DNA of 64,000 nucleotides from positions 64,001 to 128,000 of the forward strand of contig CAVVYR010000014.1 of the NCBI GenBank assembly GCA_963752475.1. The letters are read 5' to 3'. The notes below the pieces were generated by a model that worked only from the letters and a program-made list of their open reading frames with translations, searched no databases and was not told the origin of the DNA. Shown here one piece after another: positions 1 to 9,371 of the stretch. The DNA is from an uncultured Chloroflexia bacterium (lineage in GTDB: Bacteria > Chloroflexota > Limnocylindria > Limnocylindrales > CSP1-4). The position numbers were made by a program, and so were the translations under genes. Position 1 is the stretch's first letter; each line of letters starts with the position of its first letter.

Positions 1-1438
1 CGACGAGCGGGTCGCCGGAGTTCGTCGCGAGCAGCTCCTCGTCTTCCGGCAGCACCGCGCTGAAGGGGTTGTGCGTGGCGTCCCAGCGGGCGTTGTCATC
101 ATCCCAGTGGTACATCGGGAACTGGTAGACCCAGACATAGCTGAGGACCGAACGATCGAACATCTCATGACGGTCGGCCAGCTCCACGCGCAGGGTGCCC
201 AGCACCTCCTGTGCAGTGATGTCCTTATCGGCCACGATGAGCACGAGGTCGCCGTTCTGGGCCCCTGCTTCGGCCGCCAGGTCCTGGGCCATCTGCTCGC
301 CGACGATCTTGACGATCGAGCCACGGATGCCGCCCTCGACGTCGAGCGCCAGCCATACGAGTCCGCCAGCGCCGGCCTTCTTGGCCTGCTCGGTCAGCTC
401 GTCGACCTGCTTGCGGGTATAGCCACCGAGGCCCGGCGCGGCCAGACCGAAGACGCGACCGCCGGCGTCGAGCACGGACTCGAAGACACGGAAGCCTGAC
501 TCCGCGGCCAGCTCGCCGAGGTCGTGCAGCTCCATGCCGTAGCGAACGTCGGGCTTGTCCGAGCCGTAGCGGTCGATGGCCTCGCGGTAGCTGAAGCGCG
601 GGAAGGGCTCGTTGAGCAGCGGCCGCTGGGGGGTCACGGCCTGGCTCACGGCCAGGCACATCTCCTCGACCCAGGCCATCACGTCGGTGTCGTTGACGAA
701 GCTCATCTCAAGGTCGAGCTGGGTGAATTCCGGCTGGCGGTCGCCTCGTAGATCCTCGTCGCGCAGGCAGCGGGCGATCTGGTAGTAGCGGTCGAAGCCG
801 CTGACCATGAGCAGCTGCTTCATCTGCTGCGGGCTCTGCGGCAGAGCGTAGACGGAGCCGGGCTGGAGGCGCGAGGGCACGATGAAGTCGCGAGCGCCCT
901 CGGGCGTCGACTTGATCAGCAGCGGCGTCTCGATCTCCACGAAGCCGGCGTCGTCGTGTGCGTCACGGATGGCCTTGACCATGCGGCTGCGGGCCAGCAG
1001 GCGCCGCTGCAGCGGTTCGCGCCGCAGGTCGAGATAGCGGTACTTGAGCCGGATCGATTCGTCGACCTCGGCATCGGGATCATTGAGCACGAACGGCGGC
1101 GTCTGGGCCGAGGCCAGGATCGCGATCTCGGTCGCGCGCAGCTCGATGTCACCGGTCTCGAGCTTGTCGTTCTCCATACCCTGGAGTCGCTTGTCGATAG
1201 TGCCGCTGACGCGCACCACGAACTCCGGGCGGACGGTCTCGGCGATGGCGTGGGCCTGCGGCGAGTCGGCGTTGTCGATGACCACCTGGGTGATGCCATA
1301 GCGGTCACGAAGGTCGAGGAAGATGAGCTGGCCGAGGTCGCGTCGGCGGTGGACCCAGCCGGCGAGGGTCGCGGGCTTGCCGACGTCGTCGAGGCGAGCG
1401 TCGGCGCAGGTCAGGTCACGGTAGGTGGTCGATCTCAC
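1..1438 (-). CDS. aspS: Aspartate--tRNA ligase (3' end outside window)
   Basis: Not in the ORF track because it runs off the edge. Manual translation gives GWVHRRRDLGQLIFLDLRDRYG, IRLKYRYLDLRR, EIETPLLIKSTPEGARDF, ALPQSPQ and RDEDLRGDRQPEFTQLDLEMSF. GTG start at 1438 (alternative 1450). Confidence 0.96.
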   Translation of the reverse strand, partial: MRSTTYRDLTCADARLDDVGKPATLAGWVHRRRDLGQLIFLDLRDRYGITQVVIDNADSPQAHAIAETVRPEFVVRVSGTIDKRLQGMENDKLETGDIELRATEIAILASAQTPPFVLNDPDAEVDESIRLKYRYLDLRREPLQRRLLARSRMVKAIRDAHDDAGFVEIETPLLIKSTPEGARDFIVPSRLQPGSVYALPQSPQQMKQLLMVSGFDRYYQIARCLRDEDLRGDRQPEFTQLDLEMSFVNDTDVMAWVEEMCLAVSQAVTPQRPLLNEPFPRFSYREAIDRYGSDKPDVRYGMELHDLGELAAESGFRVFESVLDAGGRVFGLAAPGLGGYTRKQVDELTEQAKKAGAGGLVWLALDVEGGIRGSIVKIVGEQMAQDLAAEAGAQNGDLVLIVADKDITAQEVLGTLRVELADRHEMFDRSVLSYVWVYQFPMYHWDDDNARWDATHNPFSAVLPEDEELLATNSGDPLV

Positions 1439-1541
1439 AGGGCACGTCACACGGAGCGAAAGGGATGGTGTCCCCTGAGCCTAGCGGACCGCGCGCCTCC
1501 AGGTGCTGGCCGCCGCCGACGCTCGTGGGTAGCGTCCGTAC

Positions 1542-1573
1542 TGGCTCCCCGTGGCCGTGGCTCCCCGTGGTCC
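1542..1573. repeat. 16-bp direct repeat TGGCTCCCCGTGGYCS x2
   Basis: tggctccccgtggccg followed by tggctccccgtggtcc. Confidence 0.7.
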
Positions 1574-1591
1574 TGTCGGTGTGGGTGGCTC

Positions 1592-1647
1592 GGTGACCCG
1601 GCGGGCGCGAGAGAGGTGACCCGACGGGCGCGAGAGAGGTGACCCGG
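1592..1647. repeat. 23-bp tandem repeat GGTGACCCGRCGGGCGCGAGAGA, about 2.4 copies
   Basis: Units start at 1592, 1615 and 1638 with no spacers. Confidence 0.85.
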
Positions 1648-1803
1648 CTATCCCATCCTGGCTGAACTCGACCAGCCCTGGGCCTTCAGTGCACGATCTG
1701 AGTCCGGTGCGCAACAGGACTGACGATCCGAGCCCGCCGGAGGCTGGGACGATGCACTTCCCTGTCGATGACGGCGAGTTCAGGCATCAGAGGATAGCCG
1801 CGG
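1643..1803. ncRNA. Long nested-hairpin RNA, candidate 6S RNA
   Basis: Nested pairings: cggctatcc 1645-53/ggatagccg 1792-1800; ctgaactcg 1662-70/cgagttcag 1775-83; internal bubble; agtgca 1688-93/tgcact 1753-58; agtcc 1701-05/ggact 1717-21; side hairpin agcc/ggct. Adjacent to aspS. Confidence 0.5.
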
Positions 1804-1829
1804 GAGCCAAGAAGGCCCGGCCTGGGACC

Positions 1830-2969
1830 CTAGCGCAGAGCGGCCTCGAGCAGGGCCCGGAAGGTGGGTTGGAGCTGCTTGGCGAAGGTGTCGGTGACGT
1901 GGCTCTTGTCGCGCCAGACGAGGATGGTGCCCTGCACCAGGGGGCATGGGTCGTAGCTGCAGATCTGGCCATAGAGCCCGCCCCAGGTGGCGCCGCGAGC
2001 CTTGGTCGTGGCCTTGAGCACGTTCTCGATCTTGCGCCAGCCCTGCCCGGCCTTGGGTGTCGCGCAGGCGGAGATGTCGGCCCGGTGCTTCTTGAGGCAC
2101 TTGCGCGGATTGCCCCGGTTATGAGGCACGTTCCCGAGGACGAGCACCTTGCTCGCCTTCGGCAGGGCCATCAGCGTCCTATGGAGGGCCCGCTTCCAGA
2201 CCGCCGGGCGCTGGGCCTTGGGGTACCGCAGGCCGTTGGGGCGCTGCAGGTTGTAGCGATCCGAGTGCGCGATGACGATGAGGTCCGGCGGCTTGGCCCT
2301 GAGCTTCTTCATGACCTTGTGGCGCCAGGCGTCGCAGCTGGCGCCCTGGTCGACGTACTTCTGGCTGTTCACGTACAGGCCCAGCAGCGCGGGACAGGCG
2401 GTCTTGGCCATCGTGAGCAGGCGCCAGCCCTTGTTCCGGGCGATGCGACGGATGGGTGACGACCACATCAACGAGTGGGAATCGCCGATGAGCACGACCC
2501 TCGTGTCGGCACCCCGCTTCCCGAAGCCGCAGACCACTGGCTTGGACTTGCCCTGGCCGGTGATGCACTTCGAGCGGATCGGCGGATACGAGGTCTTGGC
2601 TGCGGCGAGGCGCGGCTTGAGCGCCGCCGGCAGTCGCCGCTGGTCCTGCTCACGGGCGTTGCTGCGTCCGTCGCGGTCACGGTCCTCGCGCCCGTCGTTG
2701 ACGCCGTCGCCGTCGGTATCGCGCACCCCGGGGTTCGTGCCGAAGCGCTGCTCGCCGAGGTTGCCCAGGCCGTCCTTGTCGTTGTCCTCGGCAGAGTCGA
2801 TGACGCCGTCGTGGTCGGAGTCACGGACGTTCGGGTCGGTCACGCCGTAACGCTTCTCGAAAGCATCGGCGAGGCCATCCCTGTCACGGTCGGCCGCCGT
2901 GGCGGGTAAGACTGCCACGAGCGTCAGGAGCAGGGACATGCTGGCGCCCAGGGCGCTTCGACGACGCAT
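1830..2969 (-). CDS. Secreted SGNH-domain protein with N-terminal DxDxDG Ca-binding repeats
   Basis: Signal peptide; DRDRDG, DSDHDG, DNDKDG and DTDGDG repeats; catalytic GDSH (VLIGDSHS) and DxxH (WRDKSHV); Cys pairs as in the SGNH domain of AT3 acyltransferases. Confidence 0.8.
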   Translation of the reverse strand: MRRRSALGASMSLLLTLVAVLPATAADRDRDGLADAFEKRYGVTDPNVRDSDHDGVIDSAEDNDKDGLGNLGEQRFGTNPGVRDTDGDGVNDGREDRDRDGRSNAREQDQRRLPAALKPRLAAAKTSYPPIRSKCITGQGKSKPVVCGFGKRGADTRVVLIGDSHSLMWSSPIRRIARNKGWRLLTMAKTACPALLGLYVNSQKYVDQGASCDAWRHKVMKKLRAKPPDLIVIAHSDRYNLQRPNGLRYPKAQRPAVWKRALHRTLMALPKASKVLVLGNVPHNRGNPRKCLKKHRADISACATPKAGQGWRKIENVLKATTKARGATWGGLYGQICSYDPCPLVQGTILVWRDKSHVTDTFAKQLQPTFRALLEAALR

Positions 2970-2979
2970 GTGGGAGAGC

Positions 2980-3906
2980 CTAGCGCAGCGATCTCCGTGT
3001 GCGTACAGAGCCGAGCAGCACGCCGCCGAGGATGAGGACGACGCCCAGCAGCTGGACCGTGGTGGGCGTTTCCGACAGCACGATCATGGCGATGGCCGTG
3101 GCCAGCACCGGCTGGATGAGCAGGATCAGCGAGGTCGTGGCCGCCGGTAGGCGGGGCAGGGCCGTGGCGATCATGACCTGGCCCGCGACCTGTGCCGAGA
3201 GCGCGAGCAGGAGCAGCCAGGCGTGCATCGGCAGCGACGGCAGCGGATCGAAGTCGCCCACGATGAGGCCCGCCGCGAGCGCGGTCAGTCCGCAGGTCAC
3301 GGTGGAGTCGAAGATGGGGCCGGCCGCGTGTCGTCGGTCACGACCCTTGCGCAGGATGAGCAGGTAGCCCGCGTAGCAGACGGCCGTGAGGATGCCCAGG
3401 ATCGAACCCAGCACCGGATCCCGGCCGTACGGCTCCGCCTCGAGCACGCCGCTGATGAAGACGACGCCGCCGAGCGCGATGGGCACGGCGATGGCTTGCG
3501 CGAGGCTGGGCCGCTCGCCCCAGATGAGCCAGGCGGCGATCATGACGATGACGACCTGCAGGTTGACCAGCACCGTGGCCAGACCGGCGCCCATGAGCAG
3601 GATGGCGTGGTGGAACAGCAGCAGGTCGCCGGCGAAGAAGACACCCGCGAGCAGGGCCCAGCCGCGGGCCTGAGCCGATCGCGGGCCGAACACGCCGTCC
3701 TCGCGCCGCATCAGCCACCACAGCAAGGGCAGCGCGTAGAGACAGCGGAAGAACGTGGCCGTGCTGGGCGAGGCCTCCGAGAGGACGAAGAGGATGGCCG
3801 CGGTGGAGATGCCCACGGCTGCGGTCACCGCGGCCGCTCGGGGGTGGCTGTCGAAGAGCTGGAGCGGACGATGGTCGGCCGCTTCCACCTGCGGCCCGGC
3901 CGTCAC
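2980..3906 (-). CDS. DMT/EamA family transporter
   Basis: About 10 hydrophobic helices in two EamA repeats; GTG start at 3906 overlaps the upstream TGA (GTGA). Confidence 0.88.
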   Translation of the reverse strand: MTAGPQVEAADHRPLQLFDSHPRAAAVTAAVGISTAAILFVLSEASPSTATFFRCLYALPLLWWLMRREDGVFGPRSAQARGWALLAGVFFAGDLLLFHHAILLMGAGLATVLVNLQVVIVMIAAWLIWGERPSLAQAIAVPIALGGVVFISGVLEAEPYGRDPVLGSILGILTAVCYAGYLLILRKGRDRRHAAGPIFDSTVTCGLTALAAGLIVGDFDPLPSLPMHAWLLLLALSAQVAGQVMIATALPRLPAATTSLILLIQPVLATAIAMIVLSETPTTVQLLGVVLILGGVLLGSVRTRRSLR

Positions 3907-4967
3907 CGCAAGACGCCGCGCAGTCGCTCCCGCCAGTCGCGGATGCGGTTCCAAGTGGGATCGATGATGACGTCGAAGGTGCCCGGGTGTCGCAGCGGCG
4001 ATCCCTTGAAGCGGCGCTTGAAGACGCTGAAGCCCTCCCATGAGGCATCGACGGTGTCGTCATCGGGCTCGCGCACGCCCCACAGGTCGAGCGTGGCCGT
4101 GCCGGCCTCCCGCAATGCTCGCTGCAGCTCGGCCATGGCCGCATACGGCCCGCGCCTCTTGCCCAGCTCCCTGTCGCGCGTGGAGGCCGCGTAGAGATAG
4201 AACGCGCGGTCGCCGGTCCTGGGCGCGATGGCGCCAGCGAGGGGCGTGCCCTCGTGTTCGGCGAGGGCCAGGAACCAGTCACCGCTCGCGGCCAGTGGCT
4301 CTGCCAGGTGGCCCAGGAACCCGCGACTGCGGATGCGGAACCCCTGCCGCTCGGACGTCTCGGACAGCAACGCGTGGAACGCATCGAGCACCGCCGGATC
4401 GCCGGCGCGATCGAGCGTCACGGTCGTGCCCTCGCGCACGGCTCGCCGGGACTCGGCCCGCGCGTCCTTGCCCCAGCCGGCGACCGGATCGTCACCGGCC
4501 TGCAGGTCGATGAGGCGGGTGGTCGGCGCCTGCAGGTCATGGGCCGCGAGCTGGCCGGATGAGCGGAAGACCCGGCCCACGACCGCATCACCCGCCGCGT
4601 CGCCGGTGCCTCGAGGGTCGAACTTGATGACGATGCCCTTGCGCTCGCGGGCGTGCACCTTGAGGCCCGTCAGCAGGCGAGCCAGCACCTCCGCCGCATC
4701 ATCGGCATCGCGATCCCAGACCGGCCCATGCGGGACGTAGAGGATGGTGCGGCCGAACGAGGTGGCACGATCGAGCACCTGGGCCAGACCGCGGATGTGG
4801 CCGCCGCCGTCGACGACCACGAGCCGGGACCAGTGCTCGCCAGGCTCTCCTGTCCCGGCCTCGCCCCAGGCCCACGACTGCAGCACGTCGGCCTCGGGTC
4901 GTGAGGCCACGAAGGCGGTCCAGTCGGCGCGGTCGGCCTCGGTGGCGGCGCGGAGCGTCAGCGTCAT
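3903..4967 (-). CDS. FemABX-family aminoacyl-tRNA-dependent peptidyltransferase (paralog 1)
   Basis: LQSWAWG, YVPHGPV, KDARAESRRAVREG, YLYAAS, LDLWG and FKRRF motifs. Confidence 0.85.
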   Translation of the reverse strand: MTLTLRAATEADRADWTAFVASRPEADVLQSWAWGEAGTGEPGEHWSRLVVVDGGGHIRGLAQVLDRATSFGRTILYVPHGPVWDRDADDAAEVLARLLTGLKVHARERKGIVIKFDPRGTGDAAGDAVVGRVFRSSGQLAAHDLQAPTTRLIDLQAGDDPVAGWGKDARAESRRAVREGTTVTLDRAGDPAVLDAFHALLSETSERQGFRIRSRGFLGHLAEPLAASGDWFLALAEHEGTPLAGAIAPRTGDRAFYLYAASTRDRELGKRRGPYAAMAELQRALREAGTATLDLWGVREPDDDTVDASWEGFSVFKRRFKGSPLRHPGTFDVIIDPTWNRIRDWRERLRGVLR

Positions 4968-4983
4968 CAGCGCAGCTCCGACC

Positions 4984-6288
4984 TCAGCCGTCTTCGCCGT
5001 GCCGGTGCTGGGCGTGGGCGCGAGCCAGGTCGCGGGCCAGCTCGGTCACGTCGACCTGTCGCTGGGTGCCGGCCATGAGGTCCTTCACCTGCACATGTCC
5101 GGTCTCGAGCTCGTCGCCGCAGATGACGGCGAAGTGTGCGCCGGCCTTGGCTGCACCATCGAGCTGCTTGCCCAGGCGGCGCGAGGTAAGGTCCGGCCGC
5201 GTGGCCAGCCCGGAACCGCGGAGCTCCGTGGCCAACTGCAGGCGTACGACGGTGTCGTCGGGGTCCGCGCCCACGACCACGACCGCCGGCTTCCATGGCT
5301 CGGCCGCGGGTGCCGCGTCCTGCTCGGACAGCGCGAGGACCACACGATCGAGGCCGATGCCGAAGCCGATGCCCGGCGTGGCCTTGCCACCCAGCAGCTC
5401 GATCAGCCCGTCGTAGCGGCCGCCACCGCCGAGCGCCTGTTGTTGGCCCTCGGCGCCGGAGCGATAGAACTCGAAGGCGGTGCGGGTGTAGTAGTCCAGA
5501 CCCCGCACCAGTGAGGCTTCGATCCGGGGCTCGATCGACACGCCCTCGAGGTGTGCCAGCAGTCCGTCGAAGTGCGCCTGGCAGTCAGCGCAGAGGTGCT
5601 CGGTGATCGCCGGAGCGCCGGCGATGAGCTCTGTCATGCGCTCGTCCTTGGAGTCAAGCAGGCGCAATGGCGCCGTCGCAAGACGAGCGCGTTCCAGGTC
5701 GGGCAGGTCGGCTTCGAAGCGGCCGAAGTAGGCCTGCAGCTCCTCGATGTAGGACGGGCGGCAGGCAGCATCGCCGATGGAGTTGACCAGCACCTGCACG
5801 TCGGTCAGGCCGACCTCCGCGAAGAAGGCCATGGCCAGCTCGATGATCTCGGCGTCGATGGCGGGGCCGGGATCGCCGATGGCCTCCACGTCGAACTGCC
5901 AGAACTGGCGATAGCGGCCGGCTTGCGGACGGTCGTAGCGGAACATCGGTCCGGTCATCGTCAGCTTCACCGGCTGTGGCCAGGTGCGCATACCGTGCTG
6001 GACGTAGGCCCGGGCGATGCCGGCGGTGGGCTCCGGGCGAAGGGCCCAGCGTTCGCGTTCCGACTCACCACGCCCTGCCTGTACGCGGAAGAGCTCCTTC
6101 TCGACGACATCGGTGACCTCACCGACGCCGCGCTCGAAGACTGCCGAACCCTCGAACATGGGTGTCTCGATAGGCGCGAACCCGTAGCGCATGGCGAGGT
6201 CGCGGGCGGCCTCTTCCAGCTTCAGGAAGACGGCGCGCTCAGGGGGTAGCAGGTCACGGGTGCCCCGAGGGGCCTGGAACTTGGGCAT
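4984..6288 (-). CDS. hisS: Histidine--tRNA ligase
   Basis: PRGTRDLLP, ALRPEPTA, FRYDRPQAGRYRQFWQ, LVRGLDYY, GGGGRYDGL. Confidence 0.98.
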   Translation of the reverse strand: MPKFQAPRGTRDLLPPERAVFLKLEEAARDLAMRYGFAPIETPMFEGSAVFERGVGEVTDVVEKELFRVQAGRGESERERWALRPEPTAGIARAYVQHGMRTWPQPVKLTMTGPMFRYDRPQAGRYRQFWQFDVEAIGDPGPAIDAEIIELAMAFFAEVGLTDVQVLVNSIGDAACRPSYIEELQAYFGRFEADLPDLERARLATAPLRLLDSKDERMTELIAGAPAITEHLCADCQAHFDGLLAHLEGVSIEPRIEASLVRGLDYYTRTAFEFYRSGAEGQQQALGGGGRYDGLIELLGGKATPGIGFGIGLDRVVLALSEQDAAPAAEPWKPAVVVVGADPDDTVVRLQLATELRGSGLATRPDLTSRRLGKQLDGAAKAGAHFAVICGDELETGHVQVKDLMAGTQRQVDVTELARDLARAHAQHRHGEDG

Positions 6289-6335
6289 CGTCCTCCGATT
6301 CTAGCGGCGCCGACGGCGGGCCGACGCGCCGGCGA

Positions 6336-8597
6336 TCAGGTGCGGTCGCGCTGGACGGAGTAGACGTCCTTGAGCTGCTCGAGGTGTGCCATGACCCTCG
6401 AAAGCTGAGCTACCGACGAGACCTCGATGGTGGCCTGGACCGTGGCGCGGTGGTCCTTGTGCACGTTCACCGAGGCCGCCACGATGTTGATCCTGTCGTC
6501 GGCCACGACGTTGCTGATCTCACCCAGAAGGCCGGTACGGTCGTAGGCCTCGATGAGGATGGCGATGGGATACGTCTGTTGGGTCGCGGTCTCCCACTCG
6601 ACGTCGATGAGCCGCTCCACGGCCCGCTCGTTGACGACCGTGGGGCAGGTCGCGAGGTGGACGGTGACACCACGACCTCGGGTGATGAAGCCCATGATCG
6701 GATCGCCCGGGATGGGATGGCAGCACTTGCTGAAGCGCACGAGCAGGTCGCCCACGCCACGCACGCTGACGCCACCGGGCTGGCGGGGTGGTGGTGCCAC
6801 CTGGGGCAGCTGCACCTCGTCCACGTCGTCGCTGACGCCAAGCCGCGACACGACCTGCTGCGCGCCGATCTGGCCGTAGCCGACGGCGGCGTAGAAGTCG
6901 TCGAGCGACTTGAGATTGTGGTGGTCGACGAGCTCGTCGAGGATCTCGCTGGGGACCTTGTCGAGCGAGGTGCGGGCGAGGCGGTGCAGCTCGCGGTCGA
7001 GCACCTGCTTGCCGTGAGCGATGTTCTCGTCGCGCTCCTGGTGCTTGAACCATTGGCGGATCTTCTCGCGGGCATGCCGGGTGGTGACGATGGTGAGCCA
7101 ATCGCGCGAGGGTCCGTGGGCCGACTTGGTGGTGACGATCTCGACGATGTCGCCGTTCTTGAGCTTGTAGTCGAGTGGCACGAGGCGGTTGTTGACCTTG
7201 GCGCCGATGCAGGCGTGCCCGACCTCGGTGTGGATGCGGTAGGCGAAGTCCAGCGGCGTGGCCCCAGCCGGCATGTCCTTGACGTCGCCCCGCGGGGTGA
7301 AGACGAAGACCTGGTCCTGGAAGATGTCGAGCTTGACGCCCTCGATGAACTCGGTCGCGTCGCTGACGTCCTGTTGCCACTCCATGAGCTGGCGGACCCA
7401 GGCCAGCTTGGCGTCGTAGGCCCGGTCGGAACGCGAGCCCTCCTTGTAGCGCCAGTGCGCGGCGATGCCGACCTCACTGATGTTGTGCATCTCCTGCGAG
7501 CGGATCTGCACCTCCAGCGGCTTGCCGTCGAGGGCCACGACAGCGGTGTGGAGGCTCTGGTAGCCGTTGTTCTTGGGCATCGCGATGTAGTCGTCGAACT
7601 GCCCTGGGATCGGCCGCCACAGCGAGTGCACGACGCCGAGCGAGGCGTAGCACTCGCGGACGTTCGCCACGAGGACGCGCAGGGCGTGGACGTCGTAGAT
7701 CTCACCGAACTCCGCACTCTTGCGCTGCATCTTCCTGTAGATGCTGAAGATGTGCTTGGGTCGTCCCGAGAGCTCGGCCACGATGTCCGACTCACGCAGC
7801 GCTTCGTCGAGCACCTCCATGGCCCGCTCGACATAGGCCTCGCGCGCCTTGCGATGGCTCTCGAGCTGGCCTGCCAGCTCGCGGTAGGCCTCGGGGTCGA
7901 TGTACTTGAACGACAGGTCCTCGAGCTCCCACTTCATCTGCCAGATGCCCAGGCGCTCGGCCAGCGGCGCGTAGATCTCGGCCGTCTGCTTGGCGATGCG
8001 CAGCTGCTTCTCCGGCGGCAGGGCCGCGAGCGTGCGCATGTTGTGCAGCCGGTCGGCGAGCTTGATGAGGACGACCCGGATGTCCTCGGCCATGGCCAGG
8101 AACATCTTGCGGATGTTCTCCGCCTGCTGCTGCTCGTGGCTCAGGGTGCTGAACTTGCCCAGCTTGGTGACGCCGTCGACGAGTCGGGCGACATCGGCCC
8201 CGAAGCGTTCCTCCACGTCACCGAGCGAGTACTCGGTGTCCTCCGGAACGTCGTGCAGCAGAGCGGCCGAGACGGCTACCGGATCGAGGCCCAGCTCAGC
8301 CAGGATCTTGGCTACAGCCAGCGGATGGGAGACATATGGTTCGCCGCTCACGCGCAGCTGGTCGCCGTGAGCCTCGACCGCGAATGCGAACGACGAGGCA
8401 AGGGGCGAAAGGTCAGCCTGGGGGTATCGCTCGTGCAGCTCCTGCTCGACCTGCACGAGCGTCCGCTGCATGCCCTTGGGCGAGAAGTCCTCCGTCCTGG
8501 AGGGTCGAGCGCTGCGCTTGGCGCGCTGGGGCGCGACCCTACCCACCGTTCCCTTGGGGTCGGTGGTGCCGCGCTTCTCGGTCGGGGGGCTGGTCAT
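6336..8597 (-). CDS. relA: Bifunctional (p)ppGpp synthetase/hydrolase Rel (HD, SYNTH, TGS, ACT)
   Basis: SGEPYVSHP, ALLHDVPED, KLADRLHNMRT, PKNNGYQSLHT, EVQIR, TPLDFAYRIHT, CCHPIPGD. Confidence 0.97.
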   Translation of the reverse strand: MTSPPTEKRGTTDPKGTVGRVAPQRAKRSARPSRTEDFSPKGMQRTLVQVEQELHERYPQADLSPLASSFAFAVEAHGDQLRVSGEPYVSHPLAVAKILAELGLDPVAVSAALLHDVPEDTEYSLGDVEERFGADVARLVDGVTKLGKFSTLSHEQQQAENIRKMFLAMAEDIRVVLIKLADRLHNMRTLAALPPEKQLRIAKQTAEIYAPLAERLGIWQMKWELEDLSFKYIDPEAYRELAGQLESHRKAREAYVERAMEVLDEALRESDIVAELSGRPKHIFSIYRKMQRKSAEFGEIYDVHALRVLVANVRECYASLGVVHSLWRPIPGQFDDYIAMPKNNGYQSLHTAVVALDGKPLEVQIRSQEMHNISEVGIAAHWRYKEGSRSDRAYDAKLAWVRQLMEWQQDVSDATEFIEGVKLDIFQDQVFVFTPRGDVKDMPAGATPLDFAYRIHTEVGHACIGAKVNNRLVPLDYKLKNGDIVEIVTTKSAHGPSRDWLTIVTTRHAREKIRQWFKHQERDENIAHGKQVLDRELHRLARTSLDKVPSEILDELVDHHNLKSLDDFYAAVGYGQIGAQQVVSRLGVSDDVDEVQLPQVAPPPRQPGGVSVRGVGDLLVRFSKCCHPIPGDPIMGFITRGRGVTVHLATCPTVVNERAVERLIDVEWETATQQTYPIAILIEAYDRTGLLGEISNVVADDRINIVAASVNVHKDHRATVQATIEVSSVAQLSRVMAHLEQLKDVYSVQRDRT

Positions 8598-8708
8598 CTG
8601 CTCCGAGTGTAGCGAACGCGCGCACGAAGCCCGTACGCCTTGTTGGCCTCAAGGCAGCGTGGACCAGTCAGTGCGTGGGCACGGCTGCCGAACGATGTGA
8701 GTCGCCGG

Positions 8709-9344
8709 TCAGCTCTCGCTGTCGGTCTCGCCTTGCTCGGCCGCGGCGGAGAGCACGCGCACAGCCTCCTCCGCAAGTGCCCCGTCCGCAGCCACGAGCA
8801 CCCAGACGACATCGCCGGCGGCGAACAGGTTCAACAACGGGAAGCCGGGCCTGGCGTCGTCGCTGACGAGCATGACGCTGCGCCCAGCGATGGACTCTTC
8901 GACGAAGCGGGGCCGCTCCGTGTTGAGGCCCAGGATCTCGAGCCACACGTCGACGGTGAGCTCGGCATCGATGCCGTCGACACGGTGTGCCTGGACGACC
9001 ACGACCTCCGTGTCGGAGATGGGCAGATAGGCGTTCGCCGCGGCGTAGTCTCCGAGCGTCTTACCCTGGACCGCGAGCATCTCCTCGAACACGGCGCGTT
9101 CGTCGTCCGACATGCTCGCGGCGAGCTCCTCGCCGGTGGCGGTCGTCAGTTCCTCTCGCAGCGGGATGCCGGCGAGCTGCTCGGGTACCAGGGCCCGCAA
9201 CTCCTCGATGTGCGCGTCCGCTGTATCGGGGACAGCCGTCGGAGCGGGCGAGGTCTCGGCCTCTTCCCGTGCCAGCACGGCCGCCGACGGCAGCACAAGG
9301 GCGAGCGCGACCACCAGGGCCGCCAGAGGCTGGAGCCGGGTCAA
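8709..9344 (-). CDS. Secreted acidic hypothetical protein (paralog of 9372..9950)
   Basis: Signal peptide; E/D-rich; shares IAGRSV and AAGDVVW...LAEEAV blocks with its neighbour. Confidence 0.75.
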   Translation of the reverse strand: MTRLQPLAALVVALALVLPSAAVLAREEAETSPAPTAVPDTADAHIEELRALVPEQLAGIPLREELTTATGEELAASMSDDERAVFEEMLAVQGKTLGDYAAANAYLPISDTEVVVVQAHRVDGIDAELTVDVWLEILGLNTERPRFVEESIAGRSVMLVSDDARPGFPLLNLFAAGDVVWVLVAADGALAEEAVRVLSAAAEQGETDSES

Positions 9345-9371
9345 GCGCTCAAACCCAGGTGCCAGCCACGT

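Noticed and set aside
1592-1647. Possible CRISPR array
   Set aside because: The repeats are contiguous with no unique spacers, and there are no cas genes.
1643-1803. Retron msr-msd
   Set aside because: It has terminal inverted repeats, but there is no reverse transcriptase in the window.
1451-1830. T-box riboswitch upstream of aspS
   Set aside because: No GGTGGNACCGCG T-box motif found on the minus strand, and a -10-like TAGGCT lies close to the aspS start.
6384-8612. Long antisense ORFs (742 aa here; also 27203..29695, 34757..36781, 17588..19030, 9947..11320)
   Set aside because: These are shadow frames opposite well-supported genes, expected in high-GC DNA, and they carry no motifs.
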